Below, piece by piece: positions 1 to 7,641 of a stretch of DNA of 64,000 nt. How positions within the stretch are numbered: position 1 is the stretch's first letter; each line of letters starts with the position of its first letter. The stretch is taken from NCBI GenBank assembly GCA_965248575.1, contig CBDFJQ010000002.1, positions 4,352,001 through 4,416,000 of the forward strand, given 5' to 3'. The stretch is from Planctomycetota bacterium (GTDB lineage Bacteria > Planctomycetota > B15-G4). Below the pieces are notes generated by a model. That model was not told the DNA's origin. It saw only the letters and a program-made list of their open reading frames with translations, and did no database searches. Both the position numbers and the translations under genes were made by a program.

Positions 1-1287
1 GTCGGGAAGCTTGTGGTGCGCACTCCACTCGGCCACCACATCGCGTGCGCCCGCTTCATCGAGGGGCGTCATGCTGTGCAACTGCAAGGCCGTCCGCAGC
101 CGCGGCTGCTTCAGGAGCATCTCCTGCGAAGCGACGGGGTGTGTCTCCGCCACGATCCTCAGGGCGCCGCTTTCCAGGTGAGGAAACAAGTGGTCCAGCA
201 CGCTCACAGGGTTCTCCCGGTGGCGCCCGGCCCACATGAGTTCGTGGAAGGAGGGCACGACCCAAAGGACGCGCGGGCGGTTGCCGATCCCCTTCAGCAT
301 GGTCTGCAGCCGACCTTCGAGCGAGCCGATGTAGCTCTGGTCGGACATGATGTCGCTGGCGCTGGCCTCGAAGACCGTCCAGCCGTCCTTCACCAGGCGC
401 CGAGCCAGCACGGCGATGCTCGCGCTCTTGCCGATACCCGCCTCGCCCACTAGCAGCACGGACCCTGTGCCCTGCTGCAACAAGCGCTGCAAGTCGTCGA
501 CCGTTTTCAGCAGCTGGCGGTACTCGAGGACTTCCTCGCTCTCCGGCGCGTCGGCCTGCCCCAGACGGCGGCCGAACTTGTCCAGGAAGGACACGTCGAC
601 GGCCACAGCGGCGTAGTCCTGATACTCCTTCCTCAGCGTTTCCGCCGCCTCGCCCTGCAGCTGTCGCAAGACTTCGGTCAGGTCGGCGGCCGCTTGGGGC
701 CGTGACAGAAGATGTTGGGCGAAGGAGGGCTGCTCACCATGCGCCACTTGGCGCTCCAGGAACTCCTGCAGGAACTGGATGGAGAAGCGGGTATCCCAAC
801 CTCCGTCGAGGCGCGCGAAGACCCGACCCACCAGCGGCCTGGTGCCGCGTGCGCTGAGCGTGCGCAGCACGACATCGCGGGTCCAGTACCCCACCGAGTT
901 GACGTGTTCGATGAGTGCCTCTTCGAACTGCTCAGGGTCGTCGGAGCGGTGCGCCAAGGCCTCCACCGCCATGCACGCCAGCACGAGGTTGGCACCGATG
1001 TAGTACGAGATGCAGTCGGAGGCAGAGAACAGCTCTCCGCGCAGGATGTCCACGCCTTTGCGGAAGTCGTCATGCGCCAGCAGGTCAGCGGGGCTCGCGC
1101 TCTCCTCGTAGCAGTCGCTGCACTTGCCGGCCAGACGCAAGAGCTCTCGTGAGGCACGGCTGCGGGCGGTGCTGCCGTCGGCTTCGGGGGTTGTGCCCTT
1201 GGCGGACGGCTTCTGACGAGAGCGGCGCCTGCGAATCCACAGGGCCACGACAACGCCGCCGACCAGGGTGCCGATGAAGAAGTCCAT
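1..1287 (-). CDS. ClpA/ClpB-like AAA+ ATPase with N-terminal transmembrane anchor (3' end runs off the window)
   Basis: Not in the ORF track. Manual translation from ATG at 1287 is open to base 1: MDFFIGTLVGGVVVALWIRRRR (TM), Walker A VLLVGEAGIGKS, then Clp-like ASDIMSDQSYIGSLEGRL and LESGALRIVAET. Confidence 0.75.
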   Translation of the reverse strand, partial: MDFFIGTLVGGVVVALWIRRRRSRQKPSAKGTTPEADGSTARSRASRELLRLAGKCSDCYEESASPADLLAHDDFRKGVDILRGELFSASDCISYYIGANLVLACMAVEALAHRSDDPEQFEEALIEHVNSVGYWTRDVVLRTLSARGTRPLVGRVFARLDGGWDTRFSIQFLQEFLERQVAHGEQPSFAQHLLSRPQAAADLTEVLRQLQGEAAETLRKEYQDYAAVAVDVSFLDKFGRRLGQADAPESEEVLEYRQLLKTVDDLQRLLQQGTGSVLLVGEAGIGKSASIAVLARRLVKDGWTVFEASASDIMSDQSYIGSLEGRLQTMLKGIGNRPRVLWVVPSFHELMWAGRHRENPVSVLDHLFPHLESGALRIVAETHPVASQEMLLKQPRLRTALQLHSMTPLDEAGARDVVAEWSAHHKLPD

Positions 1288-1507
1288 GCGTGACGCGCCC
1301 CTGAAACCCGTGTGTTCTCGTGCAATGTTCCGGGCGAGAGCTTAGCGGATCGGGGGGACGACACGGGCCCCGAGGACTCGCCCTGCTGCTGGAGTGGCAT
1401 CTGCGACGCCTGCTGGACCTCCGTCGACGCCCTCGACATGATCAGACGAACGGGCTGGGTGCTCCCTGTCGGACGACCGACCTGCCCCCGGTCCAGAAGG
1501 GAGCCCC

Positions 1508-4006
1508 ATGACAACGACGAGCGACGATCGGTTGCCTTGCTCGCCCGCCAGCACCGGCCGCGTGTCGATCCCCGTGCTCGCGGGGGTCGCGCTCGGACTG
1601 GTCCTACTGGTCCTGCTCCAAGTGCTCATGCAGGATGGCCAGGATCCCGCAGGTGGGGGCGCACACCTCGTGGACCCGGGGTCAGACGCCGCGCGCCTCC
1701 CGATGGCCTTGCCCCAGGGTCCGGAGCCATCCCAGGTGGATGTGATGCCCCTCGCAGCGGCAGGGACCGAAGAGGCTGCGTGGCTTGAGCAGCCCGGCGA
1801 GATGACCCCGCCTGTCGCGACCGGCGGCACACTGCTCGTGCATGTCCGTTGGGGCGACGACGGGCTGCCTGCTGCAGAGGTTGGCGTCACTGTCATGGCA
1901 TGGACCGACACGCGCCGCCGTCCGCGGCAGGCGACGACAGATTTCGACGGCACGGCGCGCATTCACCGGTTGCCCACAGGGAAGGTCACCGCCTACGGGG
2001 ATCGAGGTGGCACGGCGAGTGCGGAAGTCCCTGAGGGTGGGACGGCCAACGTTGAGATCACCTTGCCGTCGGGCCCTTGGGTGCACGGTGTCGTCCTCGA
2101 CCCGAATGGTGTGCCGTTCGCCGGTGCAGACATCTGGCTCAGCGGTTACGGCACGGTGAGTGAGGGGCAGGTCGTTACACGCTCGGACGAGGCGGGCCGC
2201 TGGTCGATCCGTGGCGTCTCCGGTGGACATGTGGTGGGCGCCTTCGCTCCGGACTCCTGGGGCCCGTCGGACGTCGTCCATCTGGGGGAGACGGAGGCGG
2301 ATCGCGTGGACGTCGAGCTGCAGCTGGTACGTGAATCAGGCACGGTGCATGTGACGGTTACGAGTGGGGTGGAGGCCCCGGTTCCGGATGCCGAGGTCGT
2401 GCTGGGCGGGCGCTACGGTTTCGAGCGAGCGCAGACGGAGACCGTGGGCGGGTCCACGGGCGTCGTGCCCCCTTTGCGTGCGCGGAGCGGGGCGGACGGC
2501 GTCGCGTCCTTCCTCGCCGTGCCGCCCGGGAAAAACATGGAGCTGACGGTGCTGGCCGAGGGCTTCTCGCCCCAGACCTCGTCGCTGGTTCTCGACGACG
2601 GTGGGACGAGGGATGTGGCCGTCAGGCTGCTGCGCGCTGCCCGGATCTCAGGGCGCGTCCTGACAGGTGGGGACGAACCGGTGGCGGTGCCCGGCGCGCG
2701 CGTCATGGTGACCCGCGAGTTTCCGGTCGTCCGCTATGGCGACCTGGAGTACAGCGAGACGAGGACCGACGCCGAGGGTCGTTGGATGCTCGCCGGGGTG
2801 CTGCTCGGCCCCGTGACCCTCGGCGCAAGCCACGAGCAGTACGGGCGCGCGGAGCGAGAGCTACGCGTTGCGCCCGGATCCGAGCAGGGAGACCTCGTGC
2901 TGACTCTGTCCCGCGGCCTCGAGGTCACGGGGACGATCACCGACAGTTTCGGCGCGCCCCTGCAGGGCTGGGTCGTGCAGCTGGAGCGGATTGGAGCCTA
3001 TGACGGCTGGCGCGGCGAATCGGTCTCGGACGAGGCGGGCGTCTTCGCGGTGACCAACTGCAACGAAGGCGCGCACCGGCTCGTGCTCATGGAGCCGGAG
3101 TTCCGCAGCACGGTGCCGGTCCTGGTCGTCGACGATGTGCACCCCGACCGGGAGCCTCTCAGCTTGGTGGTGCCGGAGGGCTCCATCGCTTCGGCAAAGA
3201 TCCGCTTCTCGCTCGTGGATCGCTACGGCGCGCCGATCAGTGGGGCCGTCTCGCAGTTTTGGTCCGAGCGGGCGCCCGCAAGCGTGGTGGCGGGCGAAGC
3301 GCCGGGGAGTTATCGCAGCCGGCTCCTGCCGCCGGGGACCTGGACGCTCCGGGTGTGGCCCGGCGAGCGGCCCGGTCTGGTGCGAGAGGGTCTCGTGCTG
3401 ACGTCGAAGCAGGTCCTCGACCTGGGTTCCTTGGAACTCGGCGACGGCGGACGCGTGCACGTCGTGGACTCGCGACCGCCGGATCTGGCGGACATCGAAA
3501 CCTGGGCGGTGATTGGAGATGAGCACGGTTCGTGGGTCGGCAACCTGCATCAGGTGGAGGACGGTTGGCTTTCGGACGCCCTGGATCCGGGGCGCTACTT
3601 CGCCTCGATCGACGGTAAGGGAATCGCGACGGCCCGACGCTCCGTGGACGTCCTCGAGGGGACTACGGTCGAACTGCACATCGATCTCGAGCCAGGCATG
3701 TTCCACGGAATCCAGGTCTCGGGTCTCGACGAGAGTCCCGCGGTCGCAGCCGTGAGGGCGCAGTTTCTCGGCCAGCGCGCACTGCGCCTCGAGGTGGACG
3801 ACTCAGCAGGCCAGCCCGTTGTGCGGCGCATGGAACCCATCGACGGCCGCGCCGAAGCTGGACGACCGCTGCAGTTCGTGCTTCAGGCTCGGCCGGGAGA
3901 CTACCGAGTCCGACTGCTCGCGGACGATGTCGTGGTGGCGGAGGGCGACGCGACATTGCTGGAAGGCGAGCTGCACAGCATCACGTCACTTCAGGCGCTG
4001 CGCTGA
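1508..4006 (+). CDS. Membrane-anchored protein with multiple carboxypeptidase-regulatory-like (transthyretin-like beta-sandwich) domains
   Basis: 832-aa ORF, N-terminal TM (VLAGVALGLVLLVLLQVLM), repeated VxGxVxDxxGxPxxGAxV ... TDxxGxF/W units. Confidence 0.8.
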   Translation: MTTTSDDRLPCSPASTGRVSIPVLAGVALGLVLLVLLQVLMQDGQDPAGGGAHLVDPGSDAARLPMALPQGPEPSQVDVMPLAAAGTEEAAWLEQPGEMTPPVATGGTLLVHVRWGDDGLPAAEVGVTVMAWTDTRRRPRQATTDFDGTARIHRLPTGKVTAYGDRGGTASAEVPEGGTANVEITLPSGPWVHGVVLDPNGVPFAGADIWLSGYGTVSEGQVVTRSDEAGRWSIRGVSGGHVVGAFAPDSWGPSDVVHLGETEADRVDVELQLVRESGTVHVTVTSGVEAPVPDAEVVLGGRYGFERAQTETVGGSTGVVPPLRARSGADGVASFLAVPPGKNMELTVLAEGFSPQTSSLVLDDGGTRDVAVRLLRAARISGRVLTGGDEPVAVPGARVMVTREFPVVRYGDLEYSETRTDAEGRWMLAGVLLGPVTLGASHEQYGRAERELRVAPGSEQGDLVLTLSRGLEVTGTITDSFGAPLQGWVVQLERIGAYDGWRGESVSDEAGVFAVTNCNEGAHRLVLMEPEFRSTVPVLVVDDVHPDREPLSLVVPEGSIASAKIRFSLVDRYGAPISGAVSQFWSERAPASVVAGEAPGSYRSRLLPPGTWTLRVWPGERPGLVREGLVLTSKQVLDLGSLELGDGGRVHVVDSRPPDLADIETWAVIGDEHGSWVGNLHQVEDGWLSDALDPGRYFASIDGKGIATARRSVDVLEGTTVELHIDLEPGMFHGIQVSGLDESPAVAAVRAQFLGQRALRLEVDDSAGQPVVRRMEPIDGRAEAGRPLQFVLQARPGDYRVRLLADDVVVAEGDATLLEGELHSITSLQALR

Positions 4007-4066
4007 ACGGGGGTGTCTGCCAGCCCCAGAACGCCCGACCTCAACGTCTGACCTGTAATCCTGCGC

Positions 4067-4570
4067 CTACTCCGGCGGCGCGTCGTGCGCCTCCCAGGTC
4101 GCCAGATCAAACGGCCGGCAACGCTCCCCCGGCGGAAAGCCCCGGAACTGCGTCTTGCAGCGGTAGCAGATCAGGAAGCGCTTCACGATGGCCGCCATGA
4201 GCAGCCAGTCGAGCAAGGCCAGGATCACCAGGGCGATGAGCAAGTACGGGATGCTCAAACCGCTGAAGAACAGCGCGGCGAAGATGACCACCACCAGGAT
4301 CACGCCCAGCTTCTGGTTCACGTCCTTTTGGATGCACAGCGTGTGGTACTCGCACACCGGGCAGCCGTCGAGCTCGCCCTGCTCGTTCACATGCTTCGGC
4401 AGGTCGACGGGCTTGGGAACACCACAGCTGCCGCAGGTGGCGCTGTTGGGCAGGGCCGTCCCGCGCGGGCCGATGCGGCGCTCGGTCCAGTGCCCGCACG
4501 AGCCGCACTCCACCACGAACGACAGCTCGCGGTGATCGCGGGCCGGGATCTTGGTGACCTCGTCGGTCAT
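4067..4570 (-). CDS. Cys-rich (four CxxC) small membrane protein, putative zinc-ribbon
   Basis: CGSC, CGSC, CPVC, a two-helix hydrophobic hairpin, then CYRC. Confidence 0.75.
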   Translation of the reverse strand: MTDEVTKIPARDHRELSFVVECGSCGHWTERRIGPRGTALPNSATCGSCGVPKPVDLPKHVNEQGELDGCPVCEYHTLCIQKDVNQKLGVILVVVIFAALFFSGLSIPYLLIALVILALLDWLLMAAIVKRFLICYRCKTQFRGFPPGERCRPFDLATWEAHDAPPE

Positions 4571-4601
4571 GATGCGCGCGCTCGGGGCTTGTATGCGCGA
4601 C

Positions 4602-5438
4602 TCACAGCGGCACGCCCGTGGAGCCCTCGACCATCTTGCCGATCAGGTCGCCCAGATAAACCAGGACGCACATGGCGTAGAGAATGCCGGTCGCAGGCTG
4701 CGTCTTCTCCATGCGCACCGTGATCTTGGTCATGAGGGCCATGACGGCGGGCACGATCAGGCCCACGGGGATGCGCGCCCAGACGTTGGCCACGTCGATC
4801 ACCCGTTGCGGCTCGCGCATCATGATGTCGTCGAGGCTGCGGTTGCCGGGGCCCAGGAAGCTGTCCCACATGAGCCACAGGGCTAGGGCCGAGACGATGG
4901 TCTTGGCCAGGAAGATCCACGGCAGGGGCGTCACCAGCTTGCCCAGGTGCTTGATGTCGAGGTCCTGTGAGACCAGGTACCAGTGGCCGAGGATCATGCC
5001 CCAGGTGCTGAAGCCTAGGGTCAGGGCCGAGCCGTAGGCGCCGGCCAGCACGAGGGTCTGTTCGGTGGTGGTGACGTCGGGGCCGAGGCGGCTCCAGGAG
5101 GCTGCGCCCACGACGACGCCCGCGGCCAGGGTGCTGAGCACGAGCACAGTGCGCTCGATTCCGGGCTTGTCCCAACCGGAGACGGAGCTGAAGGCGAGCA
5201 TGCCCAGGGTGGCGGCCAGCAGCGACCAGGCGGTGAGCTGCTCCGGGCCGCTGGCGGTCTCGCGCCACATGGCGTCGCCGCAGAGGGTCAGCGCCAGACC
5301 GTAGAGCGCCACCATGATCCAGCCGCTGAGCTTGAAGTACTTGGGCCCCAGGGCTTCCCGATCGTTGATCAGGAAGGTGAGCATGGAGCCGAAGCCCATC
5401 TGGACCAGGAAGAGGAGTGAGACCTCCGAGGCGGACAT
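4602..5438 (-). CDS. Multi-pass integral membrane protein with GHWYL motif (function unknown)
   Basis: About 8 hydrophobic segments and GMILGHWYLV; start placed at MSASEVSLLF (ATG 5438). Confidence 0.75.
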   Translation of the reverse strand: MSASEVSLLFLVQMGFGSMLTFLINDREALGPKYFKLSGWIMVALYGLALTLCGDAMWRETASGPEQLTAWSLLAATLGMLAFSSVSGWDKPGIERTVLVLSTLAAGVVVGAASWSRLGPDVTTTEQTLVLAGAYGSALTLGFSTWGMILGHWYLVSQDLDIKHLGKLVTPLPWIFLAKTIVSALALWLMWDSFLGPGNRSLDDIMMREPQRVIDVANVWARIPVGLIVPAVMALMTKITVRMEKTQPATGILYAMCVLVYLGDLIGKMVEGSTGVPL

Positions 5439-5659
5439 GCCGGCGGGTTCCAGGGGGGCGACGGGCGAGGGCGACGGGCGAGAGCGAGAGGCGGCAAGCG
5501 GGCTGACGACAGTCAGACCGTTGCATGGGGAGCGGCCAAGAGGGGAGGCTACCTCGGACGTCGCGCCGCGATCCACCGCGACGTGCTGCGCCCTTGCCCG
5601 CCCCCGTCTTTCCCGCCCCGCCTTTCCCGCCCCCCCCTTTGCCAGCCGGAGACAGCACC

Positions 5660-7393
5660 TTGGAACTCGAGCAGATCGTGCACGCCCTGGGGCGCATGGC
5701 CGTGGTGCTGGAGCTGAAGGGCGCCAACCCCTTCAAGACCCGGGCGTTCTCCGGGGCCGCGCGCACCCTCAAGCGGCTGGACGGCGCCCTGGAACTCATC
5801 GACGCCGGCAAGGTGGACACGGTCAAGGGCATCGGCAAGGGCCTGGCGGCCGACATCGCCGGCATGCGCAGCAGCGGCAGCTTCGAGGCGCTGGACGAAC
5901 TGGCGGCGGACATCCCCGACGGCGTCTTCGACATCCTCGACCTGCCGGGCCTCGGCCCCAAGAAGGTGAAGACCATTTGGGAGGACCTGGGGGCAACCAA
6001 CCTCGGCGAGCTGGAGTACGCCTGCCTCGAGAACCGGCTCGTGGACCTCAAGGGCTTCGGCGCCACCACGCAAGAGAAGGTGTTGGCGGCCATCGACTTC
6101 GCACACCGCAACCGCGGCCTGCACTTGATGAACGTGACCTGGGGTGTGGCCGACGAGATGCTCGACGTCCTGGGCGGGCTGGCAAAGGTGGAGGCCGTGG
6201 CCGCCGTGGGCGGTGTGCGTCGCGCGAAGTTGGTGACCCGCGATGTGGACCTGCTCGTGGCGTATCCCAAACCCGAAGCCCTGGGCGCCGCGCTGAAGAA
6301 GATCAAGGGACTCGACGAGCTGACGTCGGAGCCGGCGGAGTTCCGACCTCACCGCTGGTTGGGCAAGGTGGGTGGGGTGCCGGTGGAGGTGTTGGCTTGC
6401 ACGCCGGACAGCTGGGGTTGGTCGCTCGCGGCGAGCACGGGTTCGGTGGAGCATGTCGCGGCGCTGGACGCCCGGCGTGGTGCCGGCAAGGAATCGGACG
6501 CGTTGAACAAGGCGGCGGCCCTGTCGGCTCCCGGCACGCGCCTCGGCCCGGGCAACACATCGATGCCCGCCGAAGAAGCGGCCGTCTACGAGGCGCTGGG
6601 CCTGGCGTGGCAGCCACCGGAGTTGCGGGAGTCGGGCGAGTTGCGTGAGGCCTCCGACGGCCCCGCTCCCGAGCTGGTCACCCGCGAAGACATCCGCGGT
6701 GTGTGGCACAACCACACCGATTGGAGCGACGGCAGCGAGAGCCTCGAGACCATGGCCGCCGCTGCCGCCGAGCGCGGGCTGACCTTCCTGGGCATCTCCG
6801 ACCACAGCGGCTACGCGGTCTACGCCAACGGCCTCGACGCCAAACGCCTGAAAGAACAGGGCCAGGCGATCCAGGCGTTCAACGAATCAGCGGCCGGAAG
6901 CGGCGACGGCAGTTGTCGCCTGCTGCGCGGCCTCGAAGCCGACATCCTGCCGGACGGCAGCGTCGACCTGACAGGCAAGGGCATCGAGGAGCTCGACTTC
7001 TGCGTCGCCTCCGTGCACAGCGTCTTCGGAATGAGTGAGGAGGACATGACCGAGCGCGTCTTGTCCGCCATTCGTGAACCCGCCGTCACCATGCTGGGCC
7101 ATGCGACTGGGCGCCTGCTGCTCTCCCGCAAGGGCTTCGCCTTGGACATGGAGGCGGTGCTCGACGCTTGCGCGGAGTGCGAGGTGGTGCCGGAGCTGAA
7201 CGCCAACCCCTATCGTCTCGATCTGGACACCGACGCCCTGCGCGGCGCCAAGGCTCGCGGGCTGAAGGTGGCCATCAACCCGGACGCCCACCACCCCGGT
7301 GGGCTGGACGACCTGCGCTACGGCGTGGCAGCGGCGCGGCGTGCGGGGCTCACGGCGGATGATGTGTTGAACTGCGAGGCGCTCAAGAGCTGA
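5660..7393 (+). CDS. polX: DNA polymerase X family / PHP-domain 3'-5' exonuclease (PolX-like)
   Basis: ELKGANPFKTRAF, HhH motifs VKGIGKG and LPGLGPKK, GGVRR..DVD, PHP motifs HNHTDWSDG, SDHS, GLEADI, SVHS, GHATGR, ELNANPYRLDL, NPDAH; TTG start 5660 after GGAGA. Confidence 0.9.
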   Translation: MELEQIVHALGRMAVVLELKGANPFKTRAFSGAARTLKRLDGALELIDAGKVDTVKGIGKGLAADIAGMRSSGSFEALDELAADIPDGVFDILDLPGLGPKKVKTIWEDLGATNLGELEYACLENRLVDLKGFGATTQEKVLAAIDFAHRNRGLHLMNVTWGVADEMLDVLGGLAKVEAVAAVGGVRRAKLVTRDVDLLVAYPKPEALGAALKKIKGLDELTSEPAEFRPHRWLGKVGGVPVEVLACTPDSWGWSLAASTGSVEHVAALDARRGAGKESDALNKAAALSAPGTRLGPGNTSMPAEEAAVYEALGLAWQPPELRESGELREASDGPAPELVTREDIRGVWHNHTDWSDGSESLETMAAAAAERGLTFLGISDHSGYAVYANGLDAKRLKEQGQAIQAFNESAAGSGDGSCRLLRGLEADILPDGSVDLTGKGIEELDFCVASVHSVFGMSEEDMTERVLSAIREPAVTMLGHATGRLLLSRKGFALDMEAVLDACAECEVVPELNANPYRLDLDTDALRGAKARGLKVAINPDAHHPGGLDDLRYGVAAARRAGLTADDVLNCEALKS

Positions 7394-7411
7394 CTGCCCT
7401 TCGCCCCGACC

Positions 7412-7582
7412 CTACTTGTCGAAGATGTTGCGGTCCTTCGGGATGTGCTTCTCTTCGATCTCCTCGATGTGGAAATCGGGGGCGCCGGGCTTGTCCGCAT
7501 CACCCTTCTTGGTGGGCGGCTTGACGGGCGGGCTCACTGGGAAAGCTGCGTCGGTCTTCTTCTCGTTCTTCTTGCCGGTCAT
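7412..7582 (-). CDS. 56-aa peptide, candidate RiPP precursor (MTGKKNEKKTDAAFPVSPPVKPPTKKGDADKPGAPDFHIEEIEEKHIPKDRNIFDK)
   Basis: ATG 7582 to TAG 7412, host-like codon usage, about 60 bp downstream of and co-oriented with the radical SAM pair. Confidence 0.7.
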   Translation of the reverse strand: MTGKKNEKKTDAAFPVSPPVKPPTKKGDADKPGAPDFHIEEIEEKHIPKDRNIFDK

Positions 7583-7641
7583 GGCGGGTCTCGTGGTCGT
7601 GAGGTGTTGTCGGTTTCTGCTTGGCGGTTGAGTGGTCGAGT

